This document shows positions 1-8,517 of a stretch of 64,000 nucleotides of DNA, piece by piece. Below the pieces are notes generated by a model that was given only the letters and a program-made list of their open reading frames with translations, made no database searches and was not told the origin of the DNA. The stretch's first letter is position 1. Each line of letters opens with the position of its first letter. The stretch is from Dehalococcoidia bacterium (GTDB lineage Bacteria; Chloroflexota; Dehalococcoidia; Lucifugimonadales; UBA1123), in contig CBDCEF010000004.1 in the NCBI GenBank assembly GCA_965215735.1, positions 1,746,760 through 1,810,759 on the forward strand, given 5' to 3'. The position numbers and the translations under genes are program-made.

Positions 1-113
1 CTGTACACGTCGGCGCGAAGAACCACGCCATCCCTCATGGGCACCGCGGCATTGGTCTCAGAAGATACAGATGTCGAGCGTCGGAATTCGTCTTTGGCAG
101 GTTTGGGCAGCAT
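1..113 (-). CDS. CocE/NonD-type (S15-like) hydrolase, first 37 codons only (gene runs off the window)
   Basis: My own minus-strand translation from the ATG at 113-111 gives MLPKPAKDEFRRSTSVSSETNAAVPMRDGVVLRADVY. 'VPMRDGVxLxADVY' is the typical N-terminal motif of CocE/NonD hydrolases. A GAGG lies about 5 nt upstream. The ORF is too short or partial for the ORF track. Confidence 0.4.
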   Translation of the reverse strand, partial: MLPKPAKDEFRRSTSVSSETNAAVPMRDGVVLRADVY

Positions 114-253
114 GGGGACCTCACATCTAATTGTCTTGGAACCAGTGTGCTTGCTGGACGATAGCATTGCGAAAGGAGCAGGTCAATTCCGAGGCCTGCA
201 ATCACGGTGTGTTACAATCCGCTCGCTCGTGAACACTCATTGCGGAGGACACT

Positions 254-721
254 GTGGCCCGATCAACCCCCACGATCCGTGAGGCTAGTCCCGACGACTC
301 TACCAGGATCGTAGACTTCCAACAGGCGATGGCCCTCGAAACCGAGGGCAAGAGGCTGGACGAGTCACGTGTGACCGTCGGAGTCGATGCCGTACTCAGC
401 TCGCCTGAGAAGGGCTTCTACATCGTGGCCGAGATCGACGGTACGGTCGTCGGAAGCCTACTCATAACCTACGAGTGGAGCGACTGGCGAAACGCGACGT
501 TCTTGTGGATTCAGAGTGTCTTCGTCGATGCGGGGCACAGGCGGAAGGGTGTCTACACCGCCATGCACAATCATGTGATTAATATGGCAGAGTCCGACGG
601 CGGAATCTGCGGCGTCAGGCTCTACGTGGAACGCACGAACGTCGGGGCGCAGCAGACGTACAAGAGCCTCGGCATGGATCACTCGCACTATGACCTGTAC
701 GAGATAGACTTTGTAGGTTAG
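254..721 (+). CDS. GNAT family N-acetyltransferase
   Basis: 155-aa ORF. It has a GNAT acetyl-CoA binding core ('IQSVFVDAGHRRKGVYTAM') at the usual ~150-aa size. GTG start. Confidence 0.8.
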   Translation: MARSTPTIREASPDDSTRIVDFQQAMALETEGKRLDESRVTVGVDAVLSSPEKGFYIVAEIDGTVVGSLLITYEWSDWRNATFLWIQSVFVDAGHRRKGVYTAMHNHVINMAESDGGICGVRLYVERTNVGAQQTYKSLGMDHSHYDLYEIDFVG

Positions 722-736
722 CCTGGAGGTCGAAAC

Positions 737-1156
737 TTGCTCCCCGAAAACGTCATCGAGTTCGTTTCAAACAATCATCAAGCCGTCCTGACGACGTTCC
801 GCAGGGACGGGGCGGCCCAGATGAGCATAGTTACCGTGGGACCTTACGGTGATGGCGCCGGTTTCACGACTACCGAAGACCGCGCCAAGCTGCACAACCT
901 GGCGCGTAACCCGCGCTGCTCGCTGCTGGTCTCCAAGGCCGACTGGTGGGGATACGTTGTGCTGGAGGGCCGTGCAAGGGTTCTGCGACGCGGCGAGTCT
1001 GACGAGACCGAACTCCGCGACGCCCTTCGCGGCATCTACCGTTCTGCCTCTGGGCAGGAGCATCCGAACTGGGACGAGTACGATCAGGCGATGATCGACG
1101 ACCGTCGCGCTGCTGTCATCGTCGTGCCTGAGCGCATCTACGGGACAGCCCTGTGA
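737..1156 (+). CDS. PPOX-class (pyridoxamine 5'-phosphate oxidase fold) probable F420-dependent enzyme
   Basis: 139 aa. The N-terminal 'HQAVLTTFRRDGAAQMSIV' and 'NLARNPRCSLLV' pattern is typical of split-barrel PPOX/F420 family proteins. The stop overlaps the next start (ATGA). Confidence 0.7.
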   Translation: MLPENVIEFVSNNHQAVLTTFRRDGAAQMSIVTVGPYGDGAGFTTTEDRAKLHNLARNPRCSLLVSKADWWGYVVLEGRARVLRRGESDETELRDALRGIYRSASGQEHPNWDEYDQAMIDDRRAAVIVVPERIYGTAL

Positions 1157-2610
1157 CTGACCGGCCCAACTTCCTAGTGATAATGTCCGATGAGCACGGT
1201 CCGATGTGGTCGTCCGCTTACGGACACCCATTCGTCCAGACACCCAACATGGAGCGAATCGCGGAATCTGGTGCGACGTTTGACGCCGCTTACTGCAACT
1301 CGCCGCTTTGCGTTCCGTCGAGACTATCCTTCATGACCGGCCGCTACGTGTCAAGGTGCGAGGGATGGGACAACGCGAAGCCGCTGCCGTCGGACGCTCC
1401 CACCTGGCCCTACCTGCTCAGGTCTGTGGGGTACGACACCGCTCTATCTGGCAAGATGCACCTGATTGGCCCCGACCAGTTTCACGGCTTCAGGCAGCAG
1501 CTCGCTTACGACCCACACGGCGGCGGCCATCGCTCCGACGCCGAGCTAGGGTTATCCACGGGTGGAAGGCACCCCATCTACCTCTGGGAGGAAGGGGTAC
1601 CGACCGAAGACGAGCCGTGGCCGAGCGTCAGGGAGGCTAGGGCCGGAACAGGGCCCATGATCAGCGCTGACGACGCCATTGAAGATGCTGCCCTGGCGTA
1701 CCTCCGCGATCCCGCCCGCAGAGATTCTCCTTGGGCGCTGTGTGTAGGTTTTGTGGCTCCTCACTTCCCCTTCGTCGTGCCAGAACCGTACTTCTCAATG
1801 TATTGGCCGCAGCACGCCGACCTGCCTAACAATCCTCCCGGACACCTGGATAACCTTCCAGCGGCTGCGACTCGGCTCCGCCAGGCGTTCAACTTCAGCG
1901 GTTACACCGAGGACGAAATACGTACCGCTCGCGCCGCCTACTATGGGCTGATTACCTACTTGGACGACAAGATCGGCCGTCTCCTGGATGCCCTTGAAGA
2001 ATCGGGGATGTCTGATAACACTGTAATTGTTCACACTTCGGACCATGGCGAGTCGCTAGGAGAACATGGTCTATGGCGCAAGATGAACTTCTACGAGCAA
2101 TCGGCGAGGGTGCCTCTCCAGATCTCGTGGCCAGGAGTAATAGAGGTCGGCCAGAGATTCTCTGGCGCGGTCTCCCTTGTTGACGCGACCGCCACAATTT
2201 TGGATGCCGCGTCCATAGATCAGACTTCGAATTCGTACATGAACCTCGATGGGGTTTCACTGCTCCCACAGATGACTGGCGCCACAGACCACCAGCGAGA
2301 CGATGCGTTTGTTGAGCACCTTGCTCACGGTACCGACCGGCCCCGCGCGATGGTCAGACAGGGAAGATGGAAACTCTCATACAGCCACAACCGCGAATCT
2401 CCCGACTTGGAGCTATACAACCTGGAGACCGACCCTGGCGAATTCGATAACCTCGCTAACGACGGCAGGCACACCGCGGTGCAGCAGCGATTAACCGCCA
2501 GAGTATTGGACATCTGGGGCGATCCGGACACACTCGACCGGCGAATCAAAGACAGCCAGCGGTCCCGCCTGATGATTCGCGACGTCCTCGGCGACCAAGC
2601 AACCTTCTAG
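1153..2610 (+). CDS. Formylglycine-type sulfatase (choline-sulfatase/arylsulfatase family)
   Basis: 485 aa. 'LVIMSDEHG' plus the 'CVPSRLSFMTGR' C-x-P-x-R sulfatase signature, and 'HTSDHGESLGEHGLWRK'. Confidence 0.9.
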   Translation: MTDRPNFLVIMSDEHGPMWSSAYGHPFVQTPNMERIAESGATFDAAYCNSPLCVPSRLSFMTGRYVSRCEGWDNAKPLPSDAPTWPYLLRSVGYDTALSGKMHLIGPDQFHGFRQQLAYDPHGGGHRSDAELGLSTGGRHPIYLWEEGVPTEDEPWPSVREARAGTGPMISADDAIEDAALAYLRDPARRDSPWALCVGFVAPHFPFVVPEPYFSMYWPQHADLPNNPPGHLDNLPAAATRLRQAFNFSGYTEDEIRTARAAYYGLITYLDDKIGRLLDALEESGMSDNTVIVHTSDHGESLGEHGLWRKMNFYEQSARVPLQISWPGVIEVGQRFSGAVSLVDATATILDAASIDQTSNSYMNLDGVSLLPQMTGATDHQRDDAFVEHLAHGTDRPRAMVRQGRWKLSYSHNRESPDLELYNLETDPGEFDNLANDGRHTAVQQRLTARVLDIWGDPDTLDRRIKDSQRSRLMIRDVLGDQATF

Positions 2611-2697
2611 CGATACCTCGCTCCGCCACATGTTCCGCAATACACTCGAGTCTCCCACGCTCCGGCACACCATTTCCAACTCTCGATTCTTAGTTCC

Positions 2698-3609
2698 ATG
2701 ACTTGGGTCCTCTTATCCCTGGGCAGCACGATCATCTTCGCCTTCATATCGGCGCTGGACAAGATTCTTATAGCCCGGTTCACCCCCAACCCCCGGACCT
2801 TCATCGTGATGGTCGGCCTGACTCAGTTTATACTGGCAGTCGCCATACTCCCCTGGGTGGAGTGGAGCGGATATACGCAGGCAGACGTTGCGCTTGCGGT
2901 TGTTTCCGGCCTGACTTCCGGCGGATACCTTGTGCTCATGTTCTGGGTAATGGGCACTCAGGACGTCTCGAGAGTCGTTCCTGTCACATCTACTTACCCA
3001 ATTTTCGTCGCAATCCTCGCTCAGTTCCTACTTGGGGAGCAGATTGGGCTGCTCGCCTGGGTCGGGGTGGTCGTTACGGTTGCAGGAGCCGCTCTGATGT
3101 CCCTCGGCCCGACTGCTAGGCCCGGCGACAGAGGGCGAGGCCAATTGCTCCCGTTTACCCTTCTGATATTCGCTAGTCTCGGATTCGGTCTGAGTCAAAT
3201 CTTCAGCAAGATGGTCGCGGACGACATGGATGTCTGGACGCTCTTCTTCTGGCGAGCGATCGGAAACGGTGCCGCCTGCGTAGCCTTCACGTTCAAGCCA
3301 GGTGGAATGGGCGACCTCATAAGCACCCTGCGAAGACCCGCATCGGTCGGACTGATACTGTTCACCGAGGGAGCGCTGGTATTCGTCGCTCTATCATTTC
3401 TACTAGGGGCCATCTATTCGGGCCCTGTCTCGCTCGTATCTACGGTCATGGCAACTAGGCCCCTCTTCGTATTCGCGCTGGGAATCATCCTCAGCGTTGG
3501 AGTCTCCAACGTCCTCAACGAGCCCCTCGATCGGAAGATTCTTGTCATCAAAACGCTATCAATTGTGATGACCGTTGGCGGCGTAGTCGCCGTGACTCTG
3601 GCCTACTGA
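2698..3609 (+). CDS. EamA/DMT-superfamily transporter
   Basis: 303 aa with about 10 hydrophobic helices arranged as two similar halves, as expected for the drug/metabolite transporter family. Confidence 0.7.
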   Translation: MTWVLLSLGSTIIFAFISALDKILIARFTPNPRTFIVMVGLTQFILAVAILPWVEWSGYTQADVALAVVSGLTSGGYLVLMFWVMGTQDVSRVVPVTSTYPIFVAILAQFLLGEQIGLLAWVGVVVTVAGAALMSLGPTARPGDRGRGQLLPFTLLIFASLGFGLSQIFSKMVADDMDVWTLFFWRAIGNGAACVAFTFKPGGMGDLISTLRRPASVGLILFTEGALVFVALSFLLGAIYSGPVSLVSTVMATRPLFVFALGIILSVGVSNVLNEPLDRKILVIKTLSIVMTVGGVVAVTLAY

Positions 3610-3630
3610 ACACCTGCGAACTGAGGAGAC

Positions 3631-3711
3631 AAGTGCAAAACTCCGAATTCCTACCCGTCATTCCCGCGAAAGCGGGAGTGACGAGACTACTTCCGACGGA
3701 GTTTTGCACTT
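3631..3711. repeat. Nested inverted repeat: outer 15-bp arms around a family-B hairpin (GTCATTCCCGCGAAAGCGGGAGTGAC)
   Basis: The outer arms are aagtgcaaaactccg (3631-3645) and cggagttttgcactt (3697-3711), which are perfect reverse complements. The inner hairpin lies at 3658-3683. The element sits just after the EamA stop. Confidence 0.65.
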
Positions 3712-3733
3712 ATCTCAAACCGATTCCTGAGTC

Positions 3734-3762
3734 TTGACATCTATCCTTCTCTCACGTATAAG
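3734..3762 (+). promoter_or_regulatory. Sigma-70-like promoter for the peptide-type ABC operon
   Basis: TTGACA (3734-3739), a 17-nt spacer, then TATAAG (3757-3762). It lies about 145 nt upstream of the ATG at 3908, and GGAGGA precedes that ATG. Confidence 0.45.
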
Positions 3763-3907
3763 TGCGCACACAGGAACGGGTCCCTCGGATTCGGTGCGTT
3801 CGGCTTGCGCCCACGAGCTTTGTCCGTCCTGTGGGACAGCACCCGAATGTAGCTGATCTGAGGAGCCTGATCGATTCCTGCCCTGAAAGTTAGTTTGGAG
3901 GAATGAA

Positions 3908-5887
3908 ATGACGCGAATGTTACGTGTCTTTCCGCTATTGACACTATTGATGGCTGCATTGCTGTTCGTCGTGGCTTGCGGCGACGACGCGGAAGAAGCT
4001 CCCGCGCCCGCCCCGGCGGCGCCTACGACAGCCCCTGCCCCTGCGCCGGCCCCAACGACTGCACCGGCCACAGCACCGGCGCCCGCGCCGGCAGCGGCCC
4101 CAACAACGGCGCCCGCACCCGCGGCTCCAACTGCGGTTTCGGTCCCGATAGCCGCCGGCACGGCCGACGCGCCGGATCCCAAGAACCCTATGGGGACTAT
4201 CCGATTCGCTCGGTCAAACCTGATTTGCAGCCCCGGCGCGGGCACTGTGTTCTGCGAACAATACCGAGCGGTCGCTTGGGGTGTTGGCGAGGACCTGTTC
4301 ACTTGGCGTTGGCGAGAAGACGGCACAGTGGAGTACGCGGCCGGACAGCTAGCTACCGGGTGGGAACTTGGCTCGGACGGCCTTTCGGTGGTCGTGGACA
4401 TCCGGCAGGGTGTCGAGTTCCACAAGGGTTGGGGCACCATGACCTCTGAGGACGTAGCGTGGAGCTACAACCAGGTAAACCCGCTTATCACTACCCACAG
4501 CATCGCCCCCAGCGCATCCTACTTTTCGACGCTTTTCGGAGAGAACCCTGCTGTCGCTTCTGGCAACCAGGTAGAATACACCTTTGCGGCCGTTGACTCA
4601 CACTGGCACACCTACATGATGAACGGAAACGGATTCGTCGGTATGGTTGTCCACCCTCAGAAGGCCCAGGAAGAAAACGGCGAGGACTGGATGCGCGAGA
4701 ACTTCGTAGGCACTGGCCCTTTCCAGGTAGATGAGTGGATCAGGGACGACCGCGCCGTGTTCACCAAGACCGGACAACATTGGGGATTCGACCCTGCGGT
4801 CGAAAAAGTGGTCATCCAGGCCATACCGGAAGACGCAACCCGCGTAGCCGCGCTCAAGACTGGTGAGTTGGACACAGCCGAGTTGGCGATCAAGAGCGTG
4901 TCGGAAGTCCTCGACGCTGGATTTGCCATCATCGGTTCTGGAAACGCCAGCCAGCAGGGCGTCATATTCTCAGGAAACCTCTGGGAGACGCACAACGCCC
5001 TGACCGGCGTGGACCTCAACACACCTGCCAACGGCGTGTACGCCCGGGACATTCAGTGGATCGGCAACCCATTCAGGCCAAACGACGGCGATGACCCCGA
5101 TGACCTCGCCTGCCCTGAGGGGGCTGACCCTACCCAGATGGATCAGAGCTGCGGCGACATGGAGCAGGCTCGACTTGTCCGGTGGGCGGTCGCGATGGCT
5201 ATCGACAAAGACACCATCAACGAACACCTGCTTAACGGTCTCGGCTGGCCTGTCCACGTCGGATACGTTGACGAAAAGAGCGAGTTCTGGCAAGAAAAGT
5301 GGGAGTACCCCTACGACCCGGCAATGGCCGAAGAGTACCTGGATAAGGCTGGGTATCCCAAGAACAGCAGCGGCGTCAGGATGGAGATGCCCCTGTTCAT
5401 CTCCTCCGGTCACACTGGTGGTCTCGGTGAGGAGATCGGCGACGCTATCGGCGGCATGATGACCGACATCGGCATCAAGACCGAAGTCCTCAAGTTCCCC
5501 TACGCCGTTTACCGCCCTGGCTTGGTCAACCGTAGCGCTACCGTGCCGCGCCTGACCTCCGGAGACGACGGACAGACAATCTACCCATTCGACTGGCCCA
5601 AGGGCATCGAGGAGTCGAGCCTGTCAAGGGGCGGCTACTGCATGTGCTACGAGACCGATTGGATCAGCCAGATCTACCTCGACGTCGCCGAGGAGAACGA
5701 TCTTCAGACGCGCATCGACCTCAACAGCACATACTTCGATCTGATGCACTTCTGGGCGCTCAAGCCCGGAGTCGTCGCAGTCCCCAACCTGACGATCTAC
5801 AACCCCAAGTCCATCGGCGATTGGGTCATGGAGCCCAGCCCGTTCGGGACAACGGCCTTCTGGAACATCGTCCCTGCCTCAAGGTAG
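3908..5887 (+). CDS. ABC transporter substrate-binding lipoprotein, family 5 (peptide/nickel, DppA/OppA-like)
   Basis: 659 aa. Signal peptide with lipobox 'LLFVVAC|GDD', then a linker of about 55 aa rich in Ala/Pro/Thr, then a large SBP_5-like body. Two DppB/C-type permease genes follow. Confidence 0.85.
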   Translation: MTRMLRVFPLLTLLMAALLFVVACGDDAEEAPAPAPAAPTTAPAPAPAPTTAPATAPAPAPAAAPTTAPAPAAPTAVSVPIAAGTADAPDPKNPMGTIRFARSNLICSPGAGTVFCEQYRAVAWGVGEDLFTWRWREDGTVEYAAGQLATGWELGSDGLSVVVDIRQGVEFHKGWGTMTSEDVAWSYNQVNPLITTHSIAPSASYFSTLFGENPAVASGNQVEYTFAAVDSHWHTYMMNGNGFVGMVVHPQKAQEENGEDWMRENFVGTGPFQVDEWIRDDRAVFTKTGQHWGFDPAVEKVVIQAIPEDATRVAALKTGELDTAELAIKSVSEVLDAGFAIIGSGNASQQGVIFSGNLWETHNALTGVDLNTPANGVYARDIQWIGNPFRPNDGDDPDDLACPEGADPTQMDQSCGDMEQARLVRWAVAMAIDKDTINEHLLNGLGWPVHVGYVDEKSEFWQEKWEYPYDPAMAEEYLDKAGYPKNSSGVRMEMPLFISSGHTGGLGEEIGDAIGGMMTDIGIKTEVLKFPYAVYRPGLVNRSATVPRLTSGDDGQTIYPFDWPKGIEESSLSRGGYCMCYETDWISQIYLDVAEENDLQTRIDLNSTYFDLMHFWALKPGVVAVPNLTIYNPKSIGDWVMEPSPFGTTAFWNIVPASR

Positions 5888-5911
5888 GGTCGGCCCACAA
5901 CCGTTGCAAGT

Positions 5912-5975
5912 CCCCCTCTCCCTTGAGGTAGAGGGGTGGGGTGAGGGTGATACAGCTAATATCACCCTCACCTCG
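5912..5975. repeat. REP-like palindromic element, family A (double hairpin copy)
   Basis: The sequence is ccccctctcccttgaggtagaggggtggggtgagggtgatacagctaatatcaccctcacc. It forms two hairpins (cccctc..gagggg and ggtgagggtga..tcaccctcacc). Related copies occur at 10043, 32603 and 42391. Confidence 0.65.
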
Positions 5976-6046
5976 GTATCCCCTAGCCAAGAAATAGGGG
6001 ATAAACCCCTCGCCCAGAGAACCAATAACCAGAGGCCGAAACCCGA

Positions 6047-7000
6047 ATGAGGCATTTCCTGATCAGACGAGCCTACTTTGCGATTCTGTCGCTGCTCGCC
6101 GCGACGATCATCGTGTTCGGGCTGTCCAGGGTCAAGGGAGACCCGCTCTTGGTCTACACTCAGGAGGGTGGCGGATACGGCCTGAGCGAGCAGCAGAAGG
6201 AAGAGATCTCCCGATATCTGGGCCTCGACAAGCCCCTAGTAATCCAATACCTGGTATGGCTGGGCAACTCTCTCAAGGGCGACTTCGGTCAGACGCTGCT
6301 GGATCGTGCCCCTGTGTCCGGCCTGATTAAGGGAAAGCTGGGCGCGACTGCCCAGTTGGCCGTTGCCGCCTGGGTCTTCGCCGTGATAACCGGTGTCCCA
6401 CTCGGAGTTCTTTCAGCCACCAGACGAGGAGGCTTTCCCGACTATCTCGGTAGGGGGTTCGCCCTGTTCGGCCAGGCGCTGCCTCAGTTCTGGATCGCGA
6501 TCATGGCGGTCGTTATATTCGCGGTGCAGCTCGACTGGCTGCCTGCTGCCGGACGCGCGCTCCCCGGTGAAGATATAGGGAAGCAGATCAGGCATTTCAT
6601 ATTGCCCACGGTCACTCTGGGCTGGCTCGGCTCCGCCACCTACCTGCGGCTTGTCCGCTCCTCCATGCTCGAAGTGATGGACTCGGAGTTCGTAAAGCTC
6701 GCTAGGGCCAAAGGCATTAAGGCCCGCACCGTCGTCTGGAAACACGCCTTCAGAAACGCTCTTATCTCGCCGATCACGTACTCCAGCCTCTTTCTTGCGA
6801 GCTTCATCACAGGTGCGACAGTCGTGGAACTGGTATTCGCCTGGCCCGGTGTCGGCAGGTTGGCCTTGACTGCCGTAAACAACAATGACTTTGCTCTTCT
6901 GACGGGGATCGTGTTGTTCTTTGCGGTGGCCTACACCTTCTTCAACTTTGTTGCTGATGTGCTCTACGGTCTGGTAGATCCGAGAATCAGGTATGACTAG
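6047..7000 (+). CDS. ABC transporter permease (DppB/OppB-like)
   Basis: 317 aa with a BPD_transp_1 type core ('EFVKLARAKGIKARTVVWKHAFRNALI'). Confidence 0.9.
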   Translation: MRHFLIRRAYFAILSLLAATIIVFGLSRVKGDPLLVYTQEGGGYGLSEQQKEEISRYLGLDKPLVIQYLVWLGNSLKGDFGQTLLDRAPVSGLIKGKLGATAQLAVAAWVFAVITGVPLGVLSATRRGGFPDYLGRGFALFGQALPQFWIAIMAVVIFAVQLDWLPAAGRALPGEDIGKQIRHFILPTVTLGWLGSATYLRLVRSSMLEVMDSEFVKLARAKGIKARTVVWKHAFRNALISPITYSSLFLASFITGATVVELVFAWPGVGRLALTAVNNNDFALLTGIVLFFAVAYTFFNFVADVLYGLVDPRIRYD

Positions 7001-7011
7001 GTAGGATCGGA

Positions 7012-7941
7012 ATGGCCGAACAATCGGGAGTTACACTCCTTACTGAATCCAGCTTCGAGGCGCGCAATCCACTCGGAAAGGTGTGGTACGCGCTCAGACG
7101 TTGGCCAATCCTGCCGCTAATCGTGTTGGCACTGCTTGTGATTACTGGACTGTTTGCGCCGCAGATCGCACCCCAGGATCCCTACAAACAGCACTTGCCT
7201 CTAAGAAACGCGCCGCCGTTCTGGTACACCGAATACTGGGCCGAGCAGGATGACTTTGAGGCGACCACTCGTCTCGTGGGCGCTGACCATGTTGGCCGCG
7301 ACGTGCTGAGCCGCATCATCTACGGAGCTCGAATTTCACTCCTCGTGGTCGCGGTGTCTCTGACCACCGGTGTGATTATAGGAACGTCCCTCGGACTGGT
7401 AGCAGGCTACGTGGGTGGCCTCGTAGATGAGCTGATTATGCGCCTTGTCGATGTTTGGCTCGCGCTTCCATTCGTGCTGCTGGCGCTCGTTGCGGTAATT
7501 ATCTTTGGTGCCAGCCTCTGGCTGGTAATAGCGCTGCTGGCCATGTTCACGTGGCCCTCTTTTGTGCGCTTCGTCAGGGGCGAGGTACTGTCGCTCAAGG
7601 AGCGCGACTACGTGTCTCTCGCGAAGGTAGCTGGAGCGTCCACCGCACGAGTTGTCCTGCGACACATCCTGCCCGGAGTTCTAAACACGGTCATAGTGAT
7701 AACAACGCTTAGGGTAGGGCAGCTGATCCTGACCGAGGCCACGCTGAGCTTCATAGGAGCTGGAATCCCGGCGCCCACTCCAGCTTGGGGCCTTATAGTG
7801 TCCGAGGGAAGGTCCTACGTCACCACCGCCTGGTGGAGTACCTTCTTCCCAGGCCTCGCAATCTTCCTTGTGGTGATGTCGCTCAACTTCCTCGGCGACT
7901 GGATGCGCGACCGTTTCGACCCACGTTTGCGCCAGCTATAG
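7012..7941 (+). CDS. ABC transporter permease (DppC/OppC-like)
   Basis: 309 aa. 'LGADHVGRDVLSRIIYGARISL' and 'DYVSLAKVAGASTARVVLRHILP' are the classic OppC/DppC motifs. Confidence 0.9.
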   Translation: MAEQSGVTLLTESSFEARNPLGKVWYALRRWPILPLIVLALLVITGLFAPQIAPQDPYKQHLPLRNAPPFWYTEYWAEQDDFEATTRLVGADHVGRDVLSRIIYGARISLLVVAVSLTTGVIIGTSLGLVAGYVGGLVDELIMRLVDVWLALPFVLLALVAVIIFGASLWLVIALLAMFTWPSFVRFVRGEVLSLKERDYVSLAKVAGASTARVVLRHILPGVLNTVIVITTLRVGQLILTEATLSFIGAGIPAPTPAWGLIVSEGRSYVTTAWWSTFFPGLAIFLVVMSLNFLGDWMRDRFDPRLRQL

Positions 7942-8042
7942 CGACCAGTCTCAACGTATCGTTCTGGCGAACTTGGGGAAGTCGGCCAACGGTAGTGGAG
8001 GGAGATCTCTCTCCTCGCTCCTCTACGCTAACTCCTTCCTTC

Positions 8043-8489
8043 CTATAGCCGCGGATCGCGCACCGTCCTCACCATCCACAGCAGTAGGTTGAGCGCGTTA
8101 CCACCCAGAATTGCGCCAACCACTATTCCCGTAAGAGCAGGAATTCCCGGCTTGCCCACGAGCTTGAACACGTCCCTGCTGTTGTGAAGCCCCGCCCACG
8201 CTGCCAGCAGTGTGACTGCCAATGTAAGAAACAGGATGATTAGTAGGGTCGATCTGCCCAGGTCTCTGTTCAGCCACCCCAGAAAACTTCCGGCAGTCGC
8301 GCCGAATCCAATAGTCAGCACACCCACAAGCGCGAAGTTAATATCGGCAACGCTCCAGAACGATTGCACGATAGGGAGCATCACAATGTACAGCAGAAGT
8401 CCCAGTACGCCAGCTGCAAACAGCCCAAGTAACGCGTGAGCGATTAGTACAAGGAACTTCTCTAAGATCTCCTGAGAATCGACCCGCAT
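8043..8489 (-). CDS. Hypothetical 4-TM membrane protein
   Basis: The ORF-track entry 8043..8597 overlaps the amidase 3' end. I trimmed it to the ATG at 8489 (MRVDSQEILEKF...). It has four long hydrophobic segments and no motif I recognise. Confidence 0.45.
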   Translation of the reverse strand: MRVDSQEILEKFLVLIAHALLGLFAAGVLGLLLYIVMLPIVQSFWSVADINFALVGVLTIGFGATAGSFLGWLNRDLGRSTLLIILFLTLAVTLLAAWAGLHNSRDVFKLVGKPGIPALTGIVVGAILGGNALNLLLWMVRTVRDPRL

Positions 8490-8517
8490 TTGGGACACTC
8501 CACCACAACGCACATCA

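Noticed and set aside
37-282. An 81-aa plus-strand ORF at the window start
   Set aside because: I see no recognisable motifs or SD. It overlaps the better-supported minus-strand CocE/NonD N-terminus (1-113) and the GNAT start.
3715-4440. A 241-aa minus-strand ORF rich in Ala/Gly, plus the 157-aa plus-strand ORF 3976..4449
   Set aside because: Both are alternative-frame or antisense readings of the GC-rich Ala/Pro linker and N-terminal region of the substrate-binding lipoprotein gene (3908..5887). They are low-complexity and have no start context.
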